Origin: Zymomonas mobilis subsp. mobilis ATCC 10988
GTDB taxonomy: Bacteria; Pseudomonadota; Alphaproteobacteria; Sphingomonadales; Sphingomonadaceae
Direction: 5' to 3'
Length of the DNA: 32,000 nt
NCBI RefSeq assembly: GCF_000175255.2
Contig: NC_017262.1
Location: 1,950,001-1,982,000 of the forward strand
Position 1 is the first letter of the stretch. Each line of letters starts with the position of its first letter. Below, in pieces: positions 18,601 to 27,637 of this stretch. The translations under genes were made by a program, and so were the position numbers. The notes beneath the pieces were generated by a model that saw nothing but the letters and a program-made list of their open reading frames with translations, ran no database searches and was not told where the DNA came from.

Positions 18601-19226
18601 TGCAATTGGTCATTGATACAGCCACAGCGGCCTGTTCTGTTGCTTTGATAGAAGGCGACCGCGTCCTTGCCTGCGAGAAGGAAATTGTGGGTCGCGGTCA
18701 CGCTGAAAAACTTTTGCCTATGGTCGCTGCTTTACCGGATCAAGGTCGCGCTGATAGTATCCTTGTTGATTGCGGGCCCGGCAGTTTTACCGGCATCCGC
18801 GTCGGGATTGCGGCTGCCCTGGCTTTAGGTTTGGGATGGGATATTCCTGTCTCTGGTTATGGCTCCTTAGATATTGTTGCGGCCTCGGCTTTCCGACGGC
18901 ACAGCGATGTGTCGCAACTGACGGTTGCTTTTATTGGCGGTCATGGTGAATTGTTTATTCAGTCTTTTTCCTGCGATCGGCCTTCACTTCATTTGACCAC
19001 CACCACAGAACTTCAATCCTTGCGACCCGAAGCCGCTGCTGCCTTAGTGCAAGACTCACTCGTGGTCGGTTCGGCGGCGGCCAATTTGATAAAGGTAAGA
19101 GGCTGGGGCGAATCGGAAGAGGCTTGGCCTTTTGCGGATGAAGCCCGCTTTTTAGAAAAAACAGCGACGACACTACCTGCTACGCCGATTTACGGCCGTT
19201 TGCCTGATGCGAAAATACCGTCATGA
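18600..19226 (+). CDS. tsaB: tRNA t6A37 threonylcarbamoyl-transfer protein TsaB (YeaZ)
   Basis: 208 aa. N-terminal LVIDTATAACSVAL, then GRGHAEKLLPMV and GPGSFTGIRVGIA, are typical of TsaB. Coupled to the flanking genes by overlapping stop/start codons. Confidence 0.88.
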   Translation: MQLVIDTATAACSVALIEGDRVLACEKEIVGRGHAEKLLPMVAALPDQGRADSILVDCGPGSFTGIRVGIAAALALGLGWDIPVSGYGSLDIVAASAFRRHSDVSQLTVAFIGGHGELFIQSFSCDRPSLHLTTTTELQSLRPEAAAALVQDSLVVGSAAANLIKVRGWGESEEAWPFADEARFLEKTATTLPATPIYGRLPDAKIPS

Positions 19227-19699
19227 TACAGTATCATGATGGCTGGGCGTTTGTAGATACAGGTGATTCTCTTCTCGATTATGTCATGGAAATCATGACG
19301 GATGCTTTTGACCCATTCTATGGCGAGGCGTGGAATCGTCATCAATGTAATAGCATTATGGGGTTACCGGGCGTTTATGCTCTTGTTGTAACAATAGAAG
19401 GGAAACCGGCGGGTTTCTTGTTATCTCGTACTGTTTTTGACGAGTGCGAGCTATTATTATTAGCAGTTAAACCGGAATTCCGCCGCGAAGGGGTCGCGAC
19501 AGCCCTTTTTAAAAAGCTGATCGCCAAAGCCAAAATCGAAGATACTAAATATCTTCATCTTGAAGTCAGAGAAAAAAATCCGGCCTTAAACCTTTATTAC
19601 CAGATTGGCTTTAGAGAGGTTGGCCGTCGAATCAATTATTATAAATCGTTAAATGGCGACTTATACAATGCGATAACTCTCCGCTTCATTGTTATTTAA
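19223..19699 (+). CDS. rimI: GNAT acetyltransferase, ribosomal-protein-alanine N-acetyltransferase RimI-like
   Basis: 158 aa. GNAT motif A region LLLLAVKPEFRREGVATALFKKLI. ATGA overlap with tsaB, which is the conserved tsaB-rimI pairing. Confidence 0.8.
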   Translation: MIQYHDGWAFVDTGDSLLDYVMEIMTDAFDPFYGEAWNRHQCNSIMGLPGVYALVVTIEGKPAGFLLSRTVFDECELLLLAVKPEFRREGVATALFKKLIAKAKIEDTKYLHLEVREKNPALNLYYQIGFREVGRRINYYKSLNGDLYNAITLRFIVI

Positions 19700-19874
19700 T
19701 ATAAATCACCTAGAAGAAGTAATAATTTTAGTTGCATTTTCTATAGAATTTGTTCAATCATAAAGACCGTAAACGTTGGGAGATCAACCGAGATCTTTCC
19801 AAAGGTAAAAGCTTTAAAGCTTCTCTGGAAAGATAGAATATTCTCCCACTTTTTTCCTAAAAAAGGATTGTTCT

Positions 19875-20288
19875 ATGAGCGATGACAATGCTTTGTCTGA
19901 AACTTTGATTACCTTAACGGCTGATATCGTTTCAGCCCATGTCAGCAACAACAGCGTTTCTGTTGCCGACGTTCCCCAGCTTATCCAGAATGTCCATCAT
20001 GCACTTTCTGCTTTAAGCGAAGCTAACGCAGAACCGGAAGCACGGCCTGAACCCGCTGTCTCTGTCCGCGCCTCTGTTAAACCCGATTATATCATCTGCC
20101 TCGAAGACGGTAAGAAGCTGAAAATGCTGAAACGTCATCTTGCAACCCATTATCAGCTGACGCCGGAACAATACCGCGCTAAATGGAATTTGCCGGCAGA
20201 TTATCCGATGGTCGCCCCGAATTACGCTGATCAGCGTCGTTCTTTGGCCAAAAAAATCGGTCTTGGTACCCAGCGTCGCAAACGCTAA
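19875..20288 (+). CDS. mucR: MucR/Ros family zinc-finger transcriptional regulator
   Basis: 137 aa. [57 protein letters not shown] is the conserved Ros/MucR C2H2-like DNA-binding core. Confidence 0.92.
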   Translation: MSDDNALSETLITLTADIVSAHVSNNSVSVADVPQLIQNVHHALSALSEANAEPEARPEPAVSVRASVKPDYIICLEDGKKLKMLKRHLATHYQLTPEQYRAKWNLPADYPMVAPNYADQRRSLAKKIGLGTQRRKR

Positions 20289-20535
20289 TAACCTGCTTTG
20301 ATAAATAAAAAAGAACAAAGCATTACCACAAATGTGGCTTAATTCTCGCTATATATAGGGGCAACTCTATCCGTGGCGTTTATAAAAATCACAACGTCTG
20401 GGGGCGACGTATGATTTTAAATTGCCAAAGTAAGCGTGAATTTATAAAGAGAAATAGTTGGAGCCTGCGCCTTTAAACAGCGCAGATTTCTCTGATTTTT
20501 TACTGGGGTAATTCAAAATTTGACGGAGAAATGTT

Positions 20536-20967
20536 GTGCGGCAGATCAATATTGAAACGCTTTGTGCGCAAAAAGGTCTGCGGATAACAGGTCAAAGAAG
20601 GGTTATTGCTCAGGTTTTATCTGAAGCCGAAGATCATCCCGATGTCGAGTCTCTTTACGAACGGGCATCTGCGATTGATTCCGGTATTTCGATTGCTACC
20701 GTCTATCGTACCGTGCGCTTATTTGAAGAAGCCGGTATTCTTGAACGTCATGATTTTGGCGATGGCCGCGCGCGTTACGAGGCTTCCCCCGAAGATCATC
20801 ACGATCATCTTATAGATGTGGAATCTGGAAAGATTATCGAATTTTCAGATGAAGACATGGAAAGCCTGCAAAAAATAATCGCCGAACGCTTGGGATATAA
20901 ATTGGTCGATCACCGCTTGGAATTATACGGTGTCCCGTTGAATCGTTCGCCTAAATCATCGAAATAA
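20536..20967 (+). CDS. fur: Ferric uptake regulator family protein (alphaproteobacterial Fur/Mur type lacking CxxC pairs)
   Basis: 143 aa. Contains GLRITGQRRVIAQVL, ATVYRTVRLFEEAGIL, HHDHLID and VDHRLELYGVP. GTG start with GGAG 7 nt upstream. Confidence 0.9.
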   Translation: MRQINIETLCAQKGLRITGQRRVIAQVLSEAEDHPDVESLYERASAIDSGISIATVYRTVRLFEEAGILERHDFGDGRARYEASPEDHHDHLIDVESGKIIEFSDEDMESLQKIIAERLGYKLVDHRLELYGVPLNRSPKSSK

Positions 20968-21035
20968 AATAATGATCGGGTTTTAGTTATTTTGATGACG
21001 ATTCCGTCGTGATTTTTAATAAAAGCACTAAAAAA

Positions 21036-21059
21036 GCGACAGACTTTTCAGCCTGTCGC
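21036..21059 (-). terminator. Terminator of bfr
   Basis: Stem GCGACAG/CTGTCGC with a 10-nt loop. On the - strand it is followed by TTTTTT (complement of the A-run at 21031-21035). Confidence 0.65.
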
Positions 21060-21086
21060 CCTTCTTATCGCTTTTTAAAGCGCTGA

Positions 21087-21578
21087 TTATTCTTCAGAGG
21101 CTTCAGCCGTCTGGCTGTTAAGCTGAATATAGCCTTGAATACCCATCCGTTCGATCAATTTTAACTGGGTATCAAGACCATCAGCATGGCCTTCCTCTTC
21201 TTTCAAGATAGACAAAAGAAGATCTCTTGTTCCGAAATCGCTATGCTTTTCACAGCATTGGATCGCTTCTTTATAGAGCGGAATTGCATCATCCACTTCC
21301 AAAGCTAAATCAGCTTTAATGATCTCTTCGACATTTTCGCCAATTCTAAGATGGCCAATATCCTGAAAATTCGGGAAGCCCTCTAAAAACAAAAGGCGCT
21401 TGGCCAATTTGTCGGCATGTTTCATTTCATCAATGGAATTTGACCGTTCCAGATCAGCGAGCTTGTCGATGCCCCAATCTTCAGCAATGCGATAATGCAG
21501 AAAATACTGATTGATAGATGTCAGTTCGCTTTTTAACAGCGTATTAAGATGGTCAATGACCTCTTTATGGCCCTTCAT
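21087..21578 (-). CDS. bfr: Bacterioferritin
   Basis: 163 aa. N-terminal MKGHKEVIDHLNTLLKSELTSINQYFLH with ferroxidase-centre ligands, including EMKHAD and EEGH. Confidence 0.95.
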   Translation of the reverse strand: MKGHKEVIDHLNTLLKSELTSINQYFLHYRIAEDWGIDKLADLERSNSIDEMKHADKLAKRLLFLEGFPNFQDIGHLRIGENVEEIIKADLALEVDDAIPLYKEAIQCCEKHSDFGTRDLLLSILKEEEGHADGLDTQLKLIERMGIQGYIQLNSQTAEASEE

Positions 21579-21689
21579 GGATGCTACCTTTTGCTTTTTA
21601 CAACCCTAATTAGGATATAAACGAGGTAACAGCTATCAGGTTGCACAGATTCTCTTTATTCTGCGCGAAATCGGGCGTCTGATAATATT

Positions 21690-21863
21690 TTAAACAGTCT
21701 CTTCTTGTGCTTCTGCGATAACTTTTTGGACACATTTTCCGCATTTACCACAGCAGAATTTAACACCTATTTTTTTATAGGCTTGCCCCGGCGTGACCGC
21801 ACCTTGTCGCACAGCAGCTTTGATCGCTTGATCGCTTACAGTGTTACAATGGCAAATAATCAC
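21690..21863 (-). CDS. bfd: Bacterioferritin-associated ferredoxin (2Fe-2S), 57 aa, absent from the ORF track
   Basis: My translation of the - strand from GTG 21863 is VIICHCNTVSDQAIKAAVRQGAVTPGQAYKKIGVKFCCGKCGKCVQKVIAEAQEETV*. The CxC...CxxC pattern and CHCNTVSDQAIKAAVRQ closely parallel E. coli Bfd (CLCNGISDKKIRQAVRQ). It lies directly upstream of bfr on the same strand. The + strand ORF 21705-21968 is its antisense shadow. Confidence 0.85.
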   Translation of the reverse strand: MIICHCNTVSDQAIKAAVRQGAVTPGQAYKKIGVKFCCGKCGKCVQKVIAEAQEETV

Positions 21864-21925
21864 TCTCAAACCCCTTTATCCTCGAATGGCTTAAAATCGC
21901 CTTCCTTCTTAGATATAACTCCCAT

Positions 21926-21944
21926 GATAATGATAACAAGTATC
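21926..21944. promoter_or_regulatory. Fur box in the bfd-bfr promoter
   Basis: GATAATGATAACAAGTATC matches the 19-bp consensus GATAATGATAATCATTATC at 16/19 positions, and further NATWAT-like hexamers follow (CAATAT, TAAATA). It overlaps a candidate - strand promoter, TTGTTA (21939-21934)-N16-TATATC (21917-21912). Confidence 0.75.
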
Positions 21945-22120
21945 AATATTAAATATAACAAAAATTAAAAGAGTGATGCTTAGAATAGCGGCTTGTTCCA
22001 AAAGGATGAGGCCTTAACCCGTAAAATAACGAGGGCTGCCCCCTATAATTTCCTTGATTGCCATCCTGAAAATAGAGGAAAAGGGCTAGAAAAGATCAGG
22101 CTATGTGCCGGAGGAAGCTG

Positions 22121-22921
22121 ATGCACCCACTTTATAAAGCTGTTGCAACTTTAATGTATGAAGTTGCGAATGATTTACTTGTCCCGCGTTTCCGTCATTT
22201 ATCAGAAAATGAAATCGCAGAGAAAGAACCCGGCGATTATGTGACGGTGGTCGATAAGGAATCAGAAAAGCGGATTACCGAGCAATTAGCCAAATTCTTG
22301 CCAGAGGCTTATATTGTGGGTGAGGAAGCAACCGCTGCCGATACGAGCTTGCTCAAAAATCTCAAAAAAGGCTTGGCTTGGACAGTGGATCCGCTGGATG
22401 GCACCGGTAATTATGCCGCTGGCCAAACGCCCTATGCCATGATGATCGCGCTATTAGGCGATGGTGAGCCACAGGCCGGATGGATTCTTGACCCTGTTTC
22501 CGGCAGGATGTGCCATGCTTCCAAAGGGCAGGGGGCTTTTGTCGATGGTGAACGGGTAACAACGCGCAGCACCGGACAAGATATTCCCGTGGTGGCTCTG
22601 TCCGCGCGGGTGACCTCTGATAATCTCCGCCCAGATTTTGATAAACATCACCCTCTCAGCCATGGCATCACCTTGGCGCCATCGCCTCTTTGTGCCGGTG
22701 AGCAATATCCTCGCATTGTTTTGGGTGAAAATGATGCTGCGGTTTTTTGGCGTAGCTGGCCTTGGGATCATGCCCCGGGTTCTCTGTTTCTGGAAGAAGC
22801 GGGCGGTAAATTGGCACGCTTTGATGGCTCGGCCTATGACACCTCTGATTGCAGTCATGGGATGTTAGGTGCCAATTCTCCTGCGATGTGGGATCAGGTG
22901 GCCGAATCCCTGCTGCGTTAA
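22121..22921 (+). CDS. Inositol monophosphatase family protein
   Basis: Motifs EEA (IVGEEATA) and WTVDPLDGTGNY are the IMPase metal-binding signatures. ATG 22121 is preceded by GAGGAAG and is preferred over the ORF-track start at 22103. Confidence 0.85.
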   Translation: MHPLYKAVATLMYEVANDLLVPRFRHLSENEIAEKEPGDYVTVVDKESEKRITEQLAKFLPEAYIVGEEATAADTSLLKNLKKGLAWTVDPLDGTGNYAAGQTPYAMMIALLGDGEPQAGWILDPVSGRMCHASKGQGAFVDGERVTTRSTGQDIPVVALSARVTSDNLRPDFDKHHPLSHGITLAPSPLCAGEQYPRIVLGENDAAVFWRSWPWDHAPGSLFLEEAGGKLARFDGSAYDTSDCSHGMLGANSPAMWDQVAESLLR

Positions 22922-23086
22922 TAGCGTATCCTTGACGCTTCTGGGCATAAAAGCGGGCTTTTTTCTAAAAGTCCGCTTTGTCTATAGGGATTCCAAGATC
23001 TTTATTTAAATTACAGTTTAGAAAAACAAGCTTTCATTCTGCTTTGCCATTATTTCAGGTCAGGTAATTGCGTTTTGGCCAATGCC

Positions 23087-25306
23087 ATGCTTTACCTGAT
23101 GCCCATGTCCAAAATTCTGATAGGCGCTATTGCTGCTGTTATGATGTCCACACCTGCTTTAGCAGACCGTTTAACGCTAGACAGGGTTTTTGCCAGCCCG
23201 TCTTTATCTGGTTCTGCGCCGCGCGCGCTTTCGCTTTCGCCTGACGGGCGTTATGCGACTTTGCTGCGTTCTCGTCCTGACGATCTTAATCGTTATGATT
23301 TATGGGCGATTGACACCACCACCGGCGAAAGTCGGATGCTGATTGATTCCAAAAAAGTTGGCTCTGGTGCCGAAATTTCCGAAGCTGAAAAAATGCGACG
23401 GGAAAGGGCGCGGGTCGGGGGTAGTCTCGGCATCGTCAGCTATAATTGGTCGCCTGATGGTAAAACTATTCTGGTGCCTTTGGACGGCGATCTTTATCTC
23501 GCCTCTCTTGACGGTTCGGTGCAACAAGTCACCCATACGGCGGCCACCGAAGTTGATGCACAAGTTTCTGCAACAGGCCACTATCTTTCCTTTGTTCGCG
23601 ATCAGAATTTATTCGTCATCGACCTGAAAAATAATCAGGAACAGGCCTTAAGTCAGGATGGCGGCGGTAGCCTGACATGGGGTTCGGCCGAATTTGTCGC
23701 ACAAGAAGAAATGAGCCGGACAAAAGGCCATTGGTGGTCACCGGATGACAGTCGTCTGGCCGTGGCGCGGGTTGATGAAAGTCAGGTTCATATCGTTACC
23801 CGTGCGGCTATTGGTGCCAACGGGACACAAACCTATCAGCAACGTTATCCTATGGCAGGCACGCCCAATGCCAAGGTTGAACTTTACCTGATGAATCCCG
23901 ATGGCTCGAGGAAGGTAACGGTCGATCTCGGCAATAACGATGATATTTATCTGGCACGGGTTAATTGGTCGCCCGATAGCCAATCGCTTTACGTCCAGCG
24001 CGAAAGCCGCGATCAGCAACAGCTGGATTTATTAAAAGTCGATAGCCATACCGGTCAAAGCCAGCTTCTCTTCTCCGAAACCTCCAAAAGCTGGATCAAT
24101 CTCAATAATGATCTCCAGATTTTAAAAGATGACAGCCTGATATGGGCTTCGGAAAGAAGCGGCTATCGCCATCTCTATCACTGGCAAAAAGGTAAATGGA
24201 CAACGCTGACCCAAGGTGACTGGATGACCTTGGGGGTTGTCGGTCTCGATCAGAAAAAAGGCCTGCTTTATTTTCTAGCCAATAAATCGACCCCGATCGA
24301 ACAGCATCTTTACGTTATTGATTACCATCACCCGTCAGAACCTCGGCAGCTTACCGAAGCTGGATGGTATAATAATGCGGTTATGGATAAAGGCGCGAAC
24401 CGCCTTTTGATTGGTCGTTCCAATACATCACAGCCGCCACAGGTTTATCTTGCGGATACCAAAGGAAAACGGCTGAGCTGGATTGAAGAAAACAAGCTGG
24501 ATGCTCGCCATCCCTATGCGCCTTATTTGGCTGAACATGCTAAAACCGAATTTGGCAGCCTCAAGGCCAATGATGGCAAAAGGCTTTATTACAAGATTTT
24601 ATCACCCAAGAGAGTCGCCGGTCAAAAATATCCGGTCTTTATTCAGGTTTATAATGGGCCTGATGTCGGACGGCAGGTAACACAGGGCTGGACGTCCCCC
24701 TTGCATCAATATCTGGTATCCAAAGGCTGGATTGTCTTTTCAATAGACGGCCGTGGTTCACCACAACGGGGCAAGGCTTTTGAAGAACCGATTTACAAAG
24801 CCATGGGTACCGTCGAAGTCGAAGACCAGCTAACAGGTCTCAACTGGCTTAAATCACAAGACTATGTCGATGCCAAACGGATCGCTGTTTTTGGTTGGTC
24901 ATATGGCGGCTATATGGTGCAAAAATTGCTTCAAAAAGCCCCCGGACAATATAGTGCAGGGGTCTCCGGTGCGCCGGTGATCCGTTGGGACTTGTATGAC
25001 ACCCATTACACGGAACGTTTTTTAGGCAATCCGGCTCTTGATCCACAGCCTTACCAAAAATCCGATGCCCTTAGTGATGCCTTAAAATTATCTGATCCGA
25101 TGCTGCTTATTCATGGCATGGCCGATGATAATGTTGTATTCGACAACTCGGTTGCTCTGGTCTCGAAATTGCAGGAAGGTGATAAATCTTTCGAATTTAT
25201 GGCCTATCCGGGTGAAACCCATCGAATCGCGGGTGAACAAAAACAACGTCACCTCTGGCATATGATTGAGAAATTTCTCGATAGAACAACAAAATGTCGT
25301 GAGTAA
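23087..25306 (+). CDS. Dipeptidyl-peptidase IV-like S9B serine peptidase (secreted)
   Basis: N-terminal signal peptide (MSKILIGAIAAVMMSTPALA), a DPP-IV beta-propeller region, and a C-terminal catalytic domain with the GWSYGGY nucleophile, HGMADDNV and GETH. The start codon is ambiguous among 23075, 23087, 23099 and 23105. Confidence 0.88.
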   Translation: MLYLMPMSKILIGAIAAVMMSTPALADRLTLDRVFASPSLSGSAPRALSLSPDGRYATLLRSRPDDLNRYDLWAIDTTTGESRMLIDSKKVGSGAEISEAEKMRRERARVGGSLGIVSYNWSPDGKTILVPLDGDLYLASLDGSVQQVTHTAATEVDAQVSATGHYLSFVRDQNLFVIDLKNNQEQALSQDGGGSLTWGSAEFVAQEEMSRTKGHWWSPDDSRLAVARVDESQVHIVTRAAIGANGTQTYQQRYPMAGTPNAKVELYLMNPDGSRKVTVDLGNNDDIYLARVNWSPDSQSLYVQRESRDQQQLDLLKVDSHTGQSQLLFSETSKSWINLNNDLQILKDDSLIWASERSGYRHLYHWQKGKWTTLTQGDWMTLGVVGLDQKKGLLYFLANKSTPIEQHLYVIDYHHPSEPRQLTEAGWYNNAVMDKGANRLLIGRSNTSQPPQVYLADTKGKRLSWIEENKLDARHPYAPYLAEHAKTEFGSLKANDGKRLYYKILSPKRVAGQKYPVFIQVYNGPDVGRQVTQGWTSPLHQYLVSKGWIVFSIDGRGSPQRGKAFEEPIYKAMGTVEVEDQLTGLNWLKSQDYVDAKRIAVFGWSYGGYMVQKLLQKAPGQYSAGVSGAPVIRWDLYDTHYTERFLGNPALDPQPYQKSDALSDALKLSDPMLLIHGMADDNVVFDNSVALVSKLQEGDKSFEFMAYPGETHRIAGEQKQRHLWHMIEKFLDRTTKCRE

Positions 25307-25412
25307 CGCTAATTAACTCTTTTTTTATATCGGTCATTCCATCCTTGATAAAATAATATAAAGGATGGCGCGTTAATACGGTTTAGACTGATAAGTATAA
25401 GTGGAGAAAATA

Positions 25413-26438
25413 ATGGGATATCGGGTCGTAGTCGCAGGCGCTACCGGTAACGTAGGCCGTGAAATGTTGGCGATTCTGGCTGAACGTGAATTCCCGGTTG
25501 ACGAACTGGCTGTTCTGGCTTCGGCACGCAGTCAGGGTACGCCAATCGAATTTGGCGATAGCGGCAAAGTTGTAAAAGTCCAGAATATCGAAAATTTCGA
25601 TTGGAAGGGCTGGGATATCGCGCTGTTCGCCGTCGGTTCAGAAGCCACCCAAAAATATGCTCCCATTGCTGCCGCAGCAGGCTGCACGGTTATTGATAAC
25701 TCTTCTTTGTTCCGTATGGATCCGGATGTGCCTTTGGTGGTGCCGGAAGTCAATCCAGACGCGATTGATCTTTATACAAAGAAGAATATCATCGCTAACC
25801 CGAATTGCTCGACTGCCCAGCTCGTGGTTGCTTTAAAGCCATTGCACGATGCGGCAAAGATCAAACGCGTTGTTGTCACGACCTACCAGTCGGTTTCTGG
25901 CGCGGGTAAAGCGGGCATGGACGAATTATTCGAGCAGAGCCGCGCGATTTTCGTTGGTGACCCGATCGAACCGAAAAAATTCACCAAGCAGATCGCTTTC
26001 AACATCATTCCGCATATTGATGTCTTCCTTGATGATGGTTTCACCAAAGAAGAATGGAAGATGGTGGTTGAAACCAAAAAGATCGTTGATCCCAAAATCA
26101 AATTGGTTGCGACCTGCGCTCGTGTTCCGGTTTTCGTCAGCCATGCCGAAGCCGTCAGCATCGAATTTGAAAATGAATTAAGCGCCGATCAGGCACGCGA
26201 AATCCTGCGCGAAGCTCCGGGCGTTATGGTTGTCGATAAACATGAAGATGGCGGTTACATCACGCCGGTCGAAGCGGTTGGTGAATTTGCTACCTATGTC
26301 AGCCGTATTCGTGAAGACCCGACGGTTGATAACGGATTGGTTATCTGGGTTGTTTCCGACAATCTGCGTAAAGGTGCGGCTTTGAATGCTGTTCAGATCG
26401 CTGAATTGCTGGGTCGTCGTCACCTGAAAAAAGGCTGA
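25413..26438 (+). CDS. asd: Aspartate-semialdehyde dehydrogenase
   Basis: N-terminal VVVAGATGNVGREM Rossmann motif, active-site NPNCSTAQ, and SDNLRKGAALNAVQIAE. ATG 25413 is preceded by GGAG. Confidence 0.95.
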   Translation: MGYRVVVAGATGNVGREMLAILAEREFPVDELAVLASARSQGTPIEFGDSGKVVKVQNIENFDWKGWDIALFAVGSEATQKYAPIAAAAGCTVIDNSSLFRMDPDVPLVVPEVNPDAIDLYTKKNIIANPNCSTAQLVVALKPLHDAAKIKRVVVTTYQSVSGAGKAGMDELFEQSRAIFVGDPIEPKKFTKQIAFNIIPHIDVFLDDGFTKEEWKMVVETKKIVDPKIKLVATCARVPVFVSHAEAVSIEFENELSADQAREILREAPGVMVVDKHEDGGYITPVEAVGEFATYVSRIREDPTVDNGLVIWVVSDNLRKGAALNAVQIAELLGRRHLKKG

Positions 26439-26472
26439 TAGGCTTTTTGCTATCACCATAATAGCTATTCAA

Positions 26473-26508
26473 AAGGCGGGTTATCTCAATAGCCCGCCTT
26501 TTATTTTA
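26473..26508 (+). terminator. Terminator of asd
   Basis: AAGGCGGG...CCCGCCTT stem followed by TTTTATTTT. Confidence 0.8.
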
Positions 26509-26655
26509 CAGATAAACTTACCGCCCGCTATAAGTCTAAAGACACAGAAATATTTTCCCGTTTTACCGGAAATGCAGTGTTACAATGTCTATTTTTGTCC
26601 TATAAGTCATCCTGATAATTTATTATGATTTTATTCTATAAACTGGAATGATCTT

Positions 26656-27408
26656 ATGGCCGCTTCCTTGAAAACGGCATATTTTACAGCCGATGACGGC
26701 GTTAAATTAGCATGGCATGAAATGGGCGATGGCTTCCCGATTGTCTTGCTTCACGGACTTTTTTCTTCAGCCGCAACCAATTGGATAAAACCCGGCCATG
26801 CCGATTTTCTAGCAAAATCCGGTTTTCGGGTCATTATGCCTGATCTAAGAGGTCATGGGGAAAGCGGTTATCAAACCGGCGCTTGGCCAAAAACTATCCT
26901 GACACAGGATTGTCGCCAGTTGGTCGAGCAGCTCGGCTTAAAAAACTGGGTTCTTGGCGGCTATTCACTTGGCGCTCGTATTTCTGCCCATTTCTACTGG
27001 GAAAATGGCCATCCAGAAATGCTTGTTCTTGCGGGTATGGGACTAGAAGGCCTAACAAATAGCTATCTCAATCTCGACCTTTTCCGGCGCGCGATCGAGC
27101 AGGATGATTTTCCCCAAGCCTCTATTGAACGTTTCATACAAGGCTTTTTTCGCCAGAGCGGATGTAACAAAGAGGCCATGATCGCTTTGCTTGAAAGCCA
27201 ATCCCCGCTATCGCCGGATCAGGTATCACAAATATCAGCAAAGACATTAGTCTTATCAGGGAAGCAAGATCAATTTAACGGCTCCCCCCTCAAACTGAAA
27301 GACATGTTACCCAATGCGGCGATCGCATGGGTAAAGGGCGATCATATGAGCGCGGTTGGACAACGATCTTTAGCTGTTGATATCGTCGATTTTATGAAAA
27401 AGTCATAA
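26656..27408 (+). CDS. Alpha/beta-fold hydrolase
   Basis: 250 aa. HG oxyanion motif (VLLHGLFSS), nucleophile elbow GYSLGA, and a C-terminal GDHMS catalytic His region. Confidence 0.8.
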   Translation: MAASLKTAYFTADDGVKLAWHEMGDGFPIVLLHGLFSSAATNWIKPGHADFLAKSGFRVIMPDLRGHGESGYQTGAWPKTILTQDCRQLVEQLGLKNWVLGGYSLGARISAHFYWENGHPEMLVLAGMGLEGLTNSYLNLDLFRRAIEQDDFPQASIERFIQGFFRQSGCNKEAMIALLESQSPLSPDQVSQISAKTLVLSGKQDQFNGSPLKLKDMLPNAAIAWVKGDHMSAVGQRSLAVDIVDFMKKS

Positions 27409-27637
27409 TGGATGTATTTCCATCAGTGATTTTCTAAAATTCAGAAAGTGAATGAACTGACTTTTTTCAGGGATAGATGAATTTTATACAGCTCAACAGT
27501 AATCATTGTTTTTGCTAGGTTAGAATGGTTGATTCGCGAATTCTGCTGCTCTCGGATAGAGATATAATGGCTTTATAATGTCGTCTTCATGAATTCAGTT
27601 ACCCAATTTTTGTTTTTTTGCAGGAGTATTTATCTTT

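Noticed and set aside
21705-21968. 87-aa + strand ORF in the bfr upstream region
   Set aside because: It is the antisense shadow of the convincing 57-aa bfd gene on the - strand, resembles no known family, and runs through the Fur box and promoter.
22454-22858. 134-aa - strand ORF inside the IMPase-family gene
   Set aside because: It is antisense to a gene with clear family motifs and has no motifs or translation signals of its own.
27409-27637. Small ORFs (12-21 aa) and possible EcfG-type promoter upstream of phyR
   Set aside because: None of the peptides resembles NepR. No GGAAC-N16-17-CGTT match is present, only partial GAAC or CAAC elements with the wrong -10 element or spacing.
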